A stretch of DNA of 64,000 nt, taken from the NCBI GenBank assembly GCA_034189385.1, contig JAXHVD010000006.1, positions 39,559 through 103,558 on the forward strand. Reading direction: 5' to 3'. How positions within the stretch are numbered: the stretch's first letter is position 1; each line of letters begins with the position of its first letter. The position numbers were made by a program, and so were the translations under genes. Below are positions 26,182 to 34,185 of this stretch, piece by piece. A model generated the notes under the pieces. The model was not told where the DNA came from, searched no databases, and saw only the letters and a program-made list of their open reading frames with translations. Source of the DNA: Thermodesulfobacteriota bacterium. Its GTDB lineage: Bacteria > Desulfobacterota > Desulfobacteria > Desulfobacterales > C00003060.

Positions 26182-27405
26182 ATGTCTTCCGGTACCAAAC
26201 ACACATGGACCTTTCGCGCCCGTTTCAGGCGGCATGCCTTTGGGTGGCGCTCGCAAGCACCGATCAAGCGTATCAAGGAGGCTGTTTCGGAAATCAAGAA
26301 GGCGGCCCGCAAAGACCCCGTCCTAGGGGCCGAGGGGGCCGTGCTGTTCCTGGAAAAGATCTCGCCCGCCATTGAGCAGGTGGACAGCTCCTCCGGTGCC
26401 ATTGGTACGGCCGTCAACAATGCCATCGAGGCACTGGTACCGATCATTGCCGATGCACCGGCCGAGGGCAAGGTGCGCGAAAAATGGCTGAAACGTCTCT
26501 GGCAGGCAGTGGAAGCCGATGATATCCCCTACATCGAGATGGTTCCTGATCATTGGGGTACGCTGTGTGTGACTCCCGAACGGGCCTCGCGTTGGGCTGA
26601 CGAGTTCATTGATGGGGTGCGGATGACGTGGGGGCCGGATCCGGAACTGCGCGGGTACTACAAGGGGACCGCGGCCTGTCTGAGCACCCTGCTCAAGGCC
26701 GGACGAAATGCCGAAATCATGGAACTGCTCGAAGGTGCCCCCTACAAGTTCTGGCATGATCGGAAATGGGGGGTGAAAGCCCTTCTGGCCATGGGCAAGA
26801 AGGCCGAAGCGCTTCGTTTTGCCGAAGATTCCCGGGGGCTGAATCAACCGGATTCTATAATCAGCAAAGCCTGTGAAGAAATCCTGCTCGAAAGCGGCAT
26901 GTTAGAGGAGGCCTTCAGTCGCTATGCCATGGGGGCCAATCAGAAAACCACCTACCTGGCAACCTTTCTCGCCATTATCAAAAAGTATCCGAACAAGAAG
27001 CCTGTGGATGTTTTGAAAGATCTTGTTGTCAGCACACCCGGCCTCGAGGGCAAGTGGTTTGCGGCGGCCAAATCGGAAGGGCTGTATAATGAAGCGATTG
27101 AGCTGGCCAATCGCAGCCCCTGCGACCCCAGGACGCTTACCCGGGCTGCCCGGGACATGGCTGAAACGGAACCACGATTTGCCGTTGAGGCCGGCATGGC
27201 GTCACTGCGGTGGCTGGTTGAGGGCTACGGTTACGAGATCACCGGCGCGGACGTTTGGGCGGCCTATGACTACACCATGAAAGCTGCCGAGAACGGGGGA
27301 TTCAGATCTGAGACCTTCGAACGGATCCGCAAATTGGTTGCGGCAGAGAAGACTGGTGAAGGTTTCGTCACCAGGGTTTTAGGCTGCGAACTCGGGTTGA
27401 TATAG
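26182..27405 (+). CDS. Hypothetical helical-repeat protein (408 aa), operonic partner of the SWIM protein
   Basis: The ATG at 26182 lies 5 nt after the SWIM stop. The upstream extension in the ORF track (from 25951) overlaps the SWIM gene in another frame and is Arg/Gly/Pro-rich. Confidence 0.65.
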   Translation: MSSGTKHTWTFRARFRRHAFGWRSQAPIKRIKEAVSEIKKAARKDPVLGAEGAVLFLEKISPAIEQVDSSSGAIGTAVNNAIEALVPIIADAPAEGKVREKWLKRLWQAVEADDIPYIEMVPDHWGTLCVTPERASRWADEFIDGVRMTWGPDPELRGYYKGTAACLSTLLKAGRNAEIMELLEGAPYKFWHDRKWGVKALLAMGKKAEALRFAEDSRGLNQPDSIISKACEEILLESGMLEEAFSRYAMGANQKTTYLATFLAIIKKYPNKKPVDVLKDLVVSTPGLEGKWFAAAKSEGLYNEAIELANRSPCDPRTLTRAARDMAETEPRFAVEAGMASLRWLVEGYGYEITGADVWAAYDYTMKAAENGGFRSETFERIRKLVAAEKTGEGFVTRVLGCELGLI

Positions 27406-27710
27406 GTCAGAAGAGGGAACCAACGTCAGGTTACCAACTAGAGCAAATACGGTCCACACGTTGCACCAGCCTCATGATTGTGAAGAACTCACAGGCTGAA
27501 ACAGCTCTTACCCTTCAGAATTCTTGACAAAACACCTGTTCCCTACTAGGGTCCTGGGCATGCCCTTTTCACCCGAAAATCCAAACAGCAAGGAAGGCCC
27601 CGGCCTTGAATAAGAGGCACGCCTAACATAAGAAACAGCGGCCTCTTTTGGTTTCTGGGGCAGGCCGGCCCACTCTTGGCTCGCACCTCTTTCACGGAAA
27701 GGCAGAAAAG

Positions 27711-28448
27711 ATGATGAAAAGACTGGCTGTTGTATTCTTGGTCTCCTTCCTCACACTGTTCTCATCGGCCGTCTTGGCCCAGGACAGCAATCAAGGCAAA
27801 AACAACTATCTTACTGTCACACTTGGACAGGTCTTTCCGAAGGACCTGGATTCCGATGAGAGGTATCCGGACCGGGTCTCCTTATCTGATGTAAAGCTGG
27901 AAAACGGCTTTATCGTTGGTGTCAAGGCAGGCCACATTCCCAAGAGGCTCACCCATGTGGAGCCGCTGGCAATAGCATTAGAACTTGAGGCCTTTGCGAT
28001 TTCCGGAACGGACATCGAGGGAGAGTCTTACTACTTTCACCCTTTTGGTACAGACGTGGATCTTCATGCAGATGTTTCCATCATGGCGCTCATGTTCAAT
28101 CTGCTTCTGCGAGACCCTTATGGTCAGGTCCATCCATACGGGGGCTTTGGAATGGGCTGGACCTGGCTTGACATGGAAGATGTGAAATTGGCCATGGAAC
28201 CGGGATTTGAGTGGTCCGACGTGCCAACGAATATCAATAAGCAAGGAGACTTAGATGACGACTCTTTTGCGTTTCAAATCCTCCTTGGTGTCAATATAGA
28301 CCTTACTCAGGCACTTTCGGCGGACTTAGGTTATCGATATCTTCGCATAGAGCCAGAAATTGAGTTCACAAAAGGGGGGGTCGATCTTGATACGAAGATG
28401 ACCTTCACCACCCACATGATCACGGTCGGCTTAACCTACGCGTTCTAG
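27711..28448 (+). CDS. Outer-membrane beta-barrel protein (OmpW/porin-family-like)
   Basis: From the ATG at 27711 the protein reads MMKRLAVVFLVSFLTLFSSAVLAQD (signal peptide). It has an alternating beta-strand pattern and a C-terminal ...GLTYAF with terminal Phe. Confidence 0.7.
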   Translation: MMKRLAVVFLVSFLTLFSSAVLAQDSNQGKNNYLTVTLGQVFPKDLDSDERYPDRVSLSDVKLENGFIVGVKAGHIPKRLTHVEPLAIALELEAFAISGTDIEGESYYFHPFGTDVDLHADVSIMALMFNLLLRDPYGQVHPYGGFGMGWTWLDMEDVKLAMEPGFEWSDVPTNINKQGDLDDDSFAFQILLGVNIDLTQALSADLGYRYLRIEPEIEFTKGGVDLDTKMTFTTHMITVGLTYAF

Positions 28449-28501
28449 TGGACGGACTGGTAAGAAAGGGGCAAGGGCTGCCGTGAGCCCCCCGATAAGA
28501 G

Positions 28502-28576
28502 TGGTAGGCACGGCGGGATTTGAACCCGCGACTTCTACCGTGTCAGGGTAGCGCTCTCCCCCTGAGCTACGTGCCT
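28502..28576 (-). tRNA. tRNA-Val (anticodon GAC), CCA encoded
   Basis: The reverse complement is AGGCACGTAGCTCAGGGGGAGAGCGCTACCCTGACACGGTAGAAGTCGCGGGTTCAAATCCCGCCGTGCCTACCA. The anticodon arm is CTACC-CTGACAC-GGTAG. Confidence 0.93.
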
Positions 28577-28652
28577 AGAACAGGACATTTCGCTAACAAG
28601 TATTGCTGATCGTGTCAAGAAAAATGCAAGGGGCCATGGCCACAAGCAGGGG

Positions 28653-29222
28653 TCACGAAACCGTGTTTGGGGTCTCCTCTTGGAGAATGCTGAGCCCCCT
28701 ATAGATGTATTGTAATCCCGAGACCACTGTCATGGCAGCCGTGAACCAAAACAAAGTCGATTGTATTGAAATCATTTTCGGCACCTGGAACCCAACCAGG
28801 ACAGAGCAGACCGTTGCCAGCTGGGCAACAGTGGTAATCTTGCTCAAAATGGAAGGCCTCGCCTCAAAATCCCGATCCATGATGTTCAAAAGGGCCACCC
28901 CAAATAGTATCACCATATCTCGTGTCATGACGATCACTGCAAGCCAGCTCGGGATGAAGCCTTGAACGGCCAGCGTGATAAATGCTGTCAACAATAGGAA
29001 TTTGTCGGCCACAGGGTCAAGGTAGGTCCCCAGCATTGTCTTCTGTCGATAGACACGGGCCACAAATCCGTCAAGCCCATCTGTAATCGCCGCTATGGCA
29101 AAAACCAGCAGGGCGGCCACCCACAGGTGCCTAATCAGGCAGATGGCAAAAAGTGGGGTCAGTAGAATCCTCAGGAGGGTCAAGGAATTGGGGATATTTA
29201 TGGGAATAGCTCGTCTCACCAT
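28653..29222 (-). CDS. pgsA: CDP-diacylglycerol--glycerol-3-phosphate 3-phosphatidyltransferase
   Basis: From the ATG at 29222 the protein reads MVRRAIPINIPNSLTLLRI. It has the signature ITDGLDGFVARVYRQKTMLGTYLDPVADK. Confidence 0.85.
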   Translation of the reverse strand: MVRRAIPINIPNSLTLLRILLTPLFAICLIRHLWVAALLVFAIAAITDGLDGFVARVYRQKTMLGTYLDPVADKFLLLTAFITLAVQGFIPSWLAVIVMTRDMVILFGVALLNIMDRDFEARPSILSKITTVAQLATVCSVLVGFQVPKMISIQSTLFWFTAAMTVVSGLQYIYRGLSILQEETPNTVS

Positions 29223-29329
29223 GACAGGATCGGTTCTTGCCCCCGAGTCTATCTCAACCAGCCGTCTTCGAGACCCCAGGCCCTGGTGCGTAAACTCTAG
29301 CCCCTTGATGGCCAGTTTTCCACTCGTTA

Positions 29330-30628
29330 TCAATAGCCAGCAGGGGCGTAGGTTTTAAGATCATCAGAATGATACGTCTCCCAGTCGTCCTCTGGCCTTT
29401 TCCACCCTTTCCAGACATCTTGTTTCCGTATGATCTCCAGCCTTATCCGACTCCGATCCACCTCGAAAATATTGACTCCAAAGCCCTCAAAGCGCTTCAA
29501 CATTAACTCGTCTGCCAGCATCCGGCTGTTTCCCTTTATGTCCACGTCCATCTTGGCCTCCCCGGCCTTGATAGCTTTTAGATGAACATCCTTGACGCTG
29601 TGAATCTCATCTCTGAGAATGGTCCGGAATTTGACAAAATCACCATATTCCTCAATACCGCCCACCGTTAACTCCACGAGGAGGGGTTGACCTGCCTCCT
29701 TGCTCCAGTTTGCCACGAGTTGTTTACTCAGATCTTCGGCCACGTCTGATGCAGCAAGCGCGAGTGCTTCAGTGCCAGCAACCATTTCATCTGCATGAAC
29801 AGAAGCCCTGGTCCTCTCAAACGCGCCAATCGCCCTGCCGTTGTCGACCCGGATGGCGCGGACGGATAGCACCCCTTCAACGTTCTTCACACCCATACCT
29901 GAAACGTTCCCGCCGATGCGAGCGGAGCCTTGCCCCACAATCACCACCTCAGCATTCAACTTCCTTGCGAGCCTGATGGCGACATCATCGCTTAATTCGC
30001 GCCCCTGGGATTCAGGGTCCAAGTGAATCCCCAGTGTAGAGGCTCTTGTCTTGTCGATGACAAAAAAACCCTTCTCGCGCATGTACCGTGATAGGGTCTT
30101 CTCAATGGTCAACTCGGAATCACTGAAGGGGCCTCGATCCCCGGAATAGCGAGGCAAGACCTGGCCTATGTTTTGCTCCCATAACAAGAACACGACACTC
30201 GGCATCCCTTTGTCCGTCGTAAGGATGCCCACGTCCTGCAACATCCCCTGAAGGACCTCACGGAACATGGTAACCCGCACCACCAACCGGTAATATGGAC
30301 CAGATTGGGACTCTGTAAGCACCTTGTAATCATGTATAACCTCATCGGCTTTGGGATAGATTTCATCGCTCAATCGCTGAAAGCTCTCCACCACTGACGC
30401 CGACGGGACCAAAAGACCTACTCCTTGTTCAACAGCGTTTCGCAGGCCATCGGCAATAGCCTCGTCCCTGGCCTTGGCCACGTTGTCACGGTAGATCCTC
30501 CCTCTACCGATGACCTCCAAGATCTCCGTTTCTTCCGTCTGCTGGCCCCATGCCACAGGGCGAACCCCGCAGATATAGGCACACAAGAAAACTACCATCG
30601 AAACCCACACGTTGCTGAATCTTCTCAC
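29330..30628 (-). CDS. Exported protein of unknown function (432 aa)
   Basis: It has an N-terminal signal-like hydrophobic segment (VSMVVFLCAYICG) and protein-like composition. I recognise no catalytic motif. Confidence 0.6.
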   Translation of the reverse strand: MRRFSNVWVSMVVFLCAYICGVRPVAWGQQTEETEILEVIGRGRIYRDNVAKARDEAIADGLRNAVEQGVGLLVPSASVVESFQRLSDEIYPKADEVIHDYKVLTESQSGPYYRLVVRVTMFREVLQGMLQDVGILTTDKGMPSVVFLLWEQNIGQVLPRYSGDRGPFSDSELTIEKTLSRYMREKGFFVIDKTRASTLGIHLDPESQGRELSDDVAIRLARKLNAEVVIVGQGSARIGGNVSGMGVKNVEGVLSVRAIRVDNGRAIGAFERTRASVHADEMVAGTEALALAASDVAEDLSKQLVANWSKEAGQPLLVELTVGGIEEYGDFVKFRTILRDEIHSVKDVHLKAIKAGEAKMDVDIKGNSRMLADELMLKRFEGFGVNIFEVDRSRIRLEIIRKQDVWKGWKRPEDDWETYHSDDLKTYAPAGY

Positions 30629-30835
30629 GTCCCGTCCCCTACATGCAATCAGGACCTTTATAACAGACCCTTCAGTGGCTGGCTTCTCCCTTGGCCCCTG
30701 GAAGGACAGATTCTAATTCCCACCAATACATGGATCTCCCGCTGGCCGCAGAAGATCTGTGCTCTATATACTCACGGGTGTGACATTTATCAATTGCAAA
30801 ATCAAGGCGTGGGGGGTCGGCAGTGCTAGCGCACC

Positions 30836-32395
30836 TTACAAGACAGCTCGCTTGTCCATTTTCTCGGCCTCCACATCGTGCTGCAACAAGAATTGAATCC
30901 GGTTGATGGCCTCCACATAGGCCTTGGCACTTGCCTTTAGGATGTCGGTGCTGGACCCCCTGCCCAAAGCACGATGCCCCTCGCGGGAAACCCGCACCGT
31001 AGATATCCCCATCGCCTCTTTTGTCTCAGTAACGGCCTTCACATGCCAGTCCTCCAACTTGTGGAACGCCCCTACAATCTTGTCAATGGCCTTGAAGATG
31101 GCATCGATGGGGCCGTCCCCTTCAGAACTTGCCTCCAGCGTGACTTCTTCCCTCCGGAGCCTCACCCGGGCTTCAGGGGCATCACCATTACCCGTAGTGA
31201 CCTTGTATGATTCAAGCACGAAAAGCTGGCTCCCTGCCAGCTGGGCAAAGATCACATCCTGCACAATGACATCCACATCCTCATCATAGACCCGTTTCTT
31301 CTTGTCGGCCACCTCCAGAAAGTGGTCATACACCCTTTCAAATTCCTCTTCATTAAGATGGTAGCCCATTTTTGAAATCTTGTCCTTTAGCGCATGTCTG
31401 CCCGATCTCGCCGTAAGGACCATCTCGTGCTCCGTAATCCCCAAGTCCTCGGGGCGGATAACTTCATAGGTGGAGCGATCTTTGAGTATGCCATCCTGGT
31501 GGACACCGGAAGAGTGGGCAAAGGCATTGGAGCCAACAATGGCCTTGTTGGCCTGAACCGGTATGCCCATAAGGCGGCTCACCAGCTTACTGGTACGCAT
31601 GATCTCTTTCGTGTTCACCGAAGTCTGAAAGTTGAAATAGTCCTTCCGTGTCCTAAGAGCCATGACCAGTTCCTCTAAAGAGGCATTACCTGCCCTTTCT
31701 CCAAGGCCGTTCATGGTACACTCGACCTGTCTCGCCCCATTGACGATGGCAGCCAGACTGTTTGCCGTAGCTAGGCCCAAATCATTATGGCAATGAACAC
31801 TGAGAACCACCTTATCGATATTGGACACCCTTTCTTTGAGATAGGCGATGAGATCTCCAAACTGCTTCGGCACAGCGTAGCCAACCGTATCTGGGATATT
31901 GACCACAGTAGCCCCGGCCTCAATCACCTTCTCTACCACCTTGGCCAGATAGTCCGGTGCTGTGCGCGAAGCGTCCTCGGTGGAGTACTCCACGTTGGGG
32001 CATAGAGATTTGGCAAGCTTTAAGGCCTCAAGGCCCCGCTCTAATGCCTTTTCTCGGTCGAGGCCAAATTTTTTCTGGATGTGGACATCTGAGGTGCCAA
32101 GAAAGACATGAATGCGGGGACGTTCTGCCTTTTTGATGGCATCCCAGGCTGTTTCTATGTCTTTTTGAACGGCCCGGGCAAGGGCCACAATGGTGGGGCC
32201 CTTCACATTTTCAGCGATCCCTTCTACGGCCTGAAAGTCCCCTGGAGATGAGATAGGAAAGCCGGCCTCAATGCAGTCTACCTGCAATCTTGCAAGTTGC
32301 AGGGCAATTTCCAGCTTTTCTCTCGGATTTAAACACGCCCCCGGAATCTGTTCTCCGTCTCTCAATGTCGTGTCAAAAACAGCTATTTTTTCCAT
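30836..32395 (-). CDS. leuA: 2-isopropylmalate synthase
   Basis: From the ATG at 32395 the protein reads MEKIAVFDTTLRDGEQIPGA...IEAGFPISSPGDF, followed by HCHNDLGLATANS and a C-terminal LeuA dimerisation/regulatory region. A Leu-rich leader lies upstream. Confidence 0.9.
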   Translation of the reverse strand: MEKIAVFDTTLRDGEQIPGACLNPREKLEIALQLARLQVDCIEAGFPISSPGDFQAVEGIAENVKGPTIVALARAVQKDIETAWDAIKKAERPRIHVFLGTSDVHIQKKFGLDREKALERGLEALKLAKSLCPNVEYSTEDASRTAPDYLAKVVEKVIEAGATVVNIPDTVGYAVPKQFGDLIAYLKERVSNIDKVVLSVHCHNDLGLATANSLAAIVNGARQVECTMNGLGERAGNASLEELVMALRTRKDYFNFQTSVNTKEIMRTSKLVSRLMGIPVQANKAIVGSNAFAHSSGVHQDGILKDRSTYEVIRPEDLGITEHEMVLTARSGRHALKDKISKMGYHLNEEEFERVYDHFLEVADKKKRVYDEDVDVIVQDVIFAQLAGSQLFVLESYKVTTGNGDAPEARVRLRREEVTLEASSEGDGPIDAIFKAIDKIVGAFHKLEDWHVKAVTETKEAMGISTVRVSREGHRALGRGSSTDILKASAKAYVEAINRIQFLLQHDVEAEKMDKRAVL

Positions 32396-32523
32396 CTCTT
32401 CTTCCCCCCTGGCTATGCAGTTTGTCTGAATCGGGATGAGAAATCCCCCCTCAAGGGCCCTCCCATGCCCCCCGAGAGAGGGGGCGCCATGAAGCTTTCT
32501 GAGAGGGCTCCTTCCAACCAAAG

Positions 32524-32562
32524 AAAACAAAAAAGCCACAGATCCTGCAAGCCCCCTGTGGC
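32524..32562 (-). terminator. Second hairpin plus U-tract in the leuA leader
   Basis: The minus-strand RNA reads GCCACAG-14 nt-CUGUGGC followed by UUUUUUGUUUU. Confidence 0.5.
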
Positions 32563-32566
32563 CTCC

Positions 32567-32602
32567 AAAAAGAAGGGCCGCAGGTTTTGCTGCCTGCGGC
32601 CC
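32567..32602 (-). terminator. leuA attenuator terminator
   Basis: The minus-strand RNA reads GGGCCGCAGG-CAGCAAAA-CCUGCGGCCC followed by UUCUUUUU. Confidence 0.75.
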
Positions 32603-32627
32603 GTGATTGCTAAGACGGTGCGTTTGA

Positions 32628-32696
32628 CTACCGCAAGCAGCCTCCTCCCCGAAGGAGCCCCAAAAGAAGCAAAAGCGCTAGCGACAGTGAACGCAT
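32628..32696 (-). CDS. leu leader peptide MRSLSLALLLLLGLLRGGGCLR (22 aa)
   Basis: An ATG at 32696 is preceded by AGGAA at 7 nt. Ten of the 22 codons are Leu, including five consecutive. The stop lies 25 nt before the terminator stem. Confidence 0.65.
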   Translation of the reverse strand: MRSLSLALLLLLGLLRGGGCLR

Positions 32697-32794
32697 ACCA
32701 AGTTCCTTTCAATTCAATGATAATAATCAGCAGACCATGCTGTTTTCCAAATGTCAAGCCATTTTTCTATACTATCGGCAAAAAGACAAAACCC

Positions 32795-32823
32795 TTGACT
32801 TGGATTCTGTCGGTTGCTAACAA
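32795..32823 (+). promoter_or_regulatory. Candidate promoter TTGACT-N17-TAACAA upstream of thi4
   Basis: The hexamers are at 32795..32800 and 32818..32823, implying a 5' UTR of roughly 230 nt. Confidence 0.3.
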
Positions 32824-33058
32824 TCCCCCCGATTAACGATGCTCTTGGTCAACCTTTACGGCCAATTTCTCTGGGGCGAAGTTGGCCTTCTTATTTGAGG
32901 GGGAACTTGTCAAAAATTCAGGGCGACAGGTCGTTTAATTCGAAAATGGTTGAGTGTGTGAGCAAGTTTCAGACCTTTACGAATTCAATTACCTGTCGGC
33001 CGAGTAAATTTTAGGAGTTTTGCCAGGACTTATTTAGAACGAACATAGAGGTGGAATT

Positions 33059-33862
33059 ATGAAACTTGACGAACACATCATCACCAAGGCTATCGTCCAG
33101 CGTTTCACTGAAAAGTGGCTGGACCATCTCCATTTGGACGTGGCCATCGTAGGGGGAGGCCCCTCAGGACTGGTAGCAGCCTACTATCTGGCAAAAAGCG
33201 GAAGGAAAGTGGCCCTCTTTGAACGCAAACTGAGCATCGGAGGCGGCGTGTGGGGCGGCGGAATGATGTTCAACGAAATCGTGGTTCAAGAAGAAGGCAA
33301 GAAGATTCTCGATGAAGTGGGCGTTTCTACGGAGCCTTTTGAGACCGGATACCATACTGCTGACGCCGTGGAAACGGCCAGTACCCTGACTTCCAAGGCA
33401 TGCCAGGCAGGCACAAAGGTGTTCAACCTCATGACCGTGGAGGATGTGATGATCCGCCAGTCAGAGGGTCCGGAATCGGTGCGAGTCGTTGGACTGGTGC
33501 TCAACTGGACAGCCGTGGAAAAGGCTGCACTACATGTAGACCCCCTGACGGTCCGGGCCCGCTACACGATTGATGCCACCGGTCATGCCACTGAATTGAT
33601 GCACCTTATCGTCAGGAAATCAGGAGCAAGGCTGCTGACGCCAACGGGAGACGTGGTGGGCGAAAAGTCGCTTTGGGCGGAGGTAGCAGAACAGTCTACC
33701 CTTGAAAATACGCGGGAGGCTTTCCCCGGTGTCTATGTCACAGGGATGGCGGCCAATGCCACGTTTGGGTCTTTCCGCATGGGCCCCATATTCGGCGGGA
33801 TGCTCCTTTCTGGGAAAAAGGCCGCGGAGTTGATTCTCCAGCGATTGGAGACCGACACATAG
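33059..33862 (+). CDS. thi4: Thiazole synthase Thi4 family (sulfide-dependent type)
   Basis: [20 protein letters not shown]...[16 protein letters not shown]... is the typical Thi4 pattern. The product is 267 aa. Confidence 0.9.
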   Translation: MKLDEHIITKAIVQRFTEKWLDHLHLDVAIVGGGPSGLVAAYYLAKSGRKVALFERKLSIGGGVWGGGMMFNEIVVQEEGKKILDEVGVSTEPFETGYHTADAVETASTLTSKACQAGTKVFNLMTVEDVMIRQSEGPESVRVVGLVLNWTAVEKAALHVDPLTVRARYTIDATGHATELMHLIVRKSGARLLTPTGDVVGEKSLWAEVAEQSTLENTREAFPGVYVTGMAANATFGSFRMGPIFGGMLLSGKKAAELILQRLETDT

Positions 33863-34185
33863 GGTCGGCCACCCCCCTTGCCGGGGATCTCTCAAACACG
33901 CATCTCCCCAGGGCAATGACTACTCCATCTGGGTATACAACCCTTGGGGCCTGTCGGTCTGTCCCCCTTGACAAATGGGAGCCACTCCGAATGTAAGGCC
34001 ATGGGCCTGAAGGACTGCGACAGGCTCGCTTTCGTTTACTGTCTCCATTCTGCTTCCTACAGTAGGCCTTGATGCAAGAAGCCCGTTCCAATCCTTTCTT
34101 CTGGAACCCTTTGTTGCGAATCGACGGGCTGACGTGGCGGCGGAAACTGCCACGCCCAGAGAGTCTCCAGGCATGCGCCATCTAC

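Larger units (their letters stand above)
16834..28501. other. Accessory inter-tRNA segment (candidate genomic/defence island, mosaic)
   Basis: It is bounded by the facing 3' ends of tRNA-Glu and tRNA-Val and has a tRNA 3'-half duplicate at its left edge. Contents are Fic, three gene fragments, an MTase/nuclease operon and orphan genes. Base composition visibly shifts: AT-richer at 17-20 kb and GC-richer at 24-27 kb. No integrase is seen. Confidence 0.5.

Noticed and set aside
32413-32757. Alternative leuA-leader ORF (114 aa) beginning TFGKQHGLLIIIIEL, which has a striking Leu/Ile run.
   Set aside because: It needs a TTG start located inside the TTGACA hexamer, has no Shine-Dalgarno, and reads through both terminators for 114 codons. 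The 22-aa ATG-initiated Leu-rich ORF fits attenuator logic far better. The LLIIII run probably reflects the AT-rich ATTATTATCATT segment.
32824-33058. Expected TPP (THI-box) riboswitch upstream of thi4.
   Set aside because: The conserved CUGAGA and ACCUGAUCUGGAUAAUGCCAGCG elements were not found on either strand. There are only faint resemblances (GACCUUU...ACCUGUCGG...UAGGAG). I cannot support the call without a covariance-model scan.
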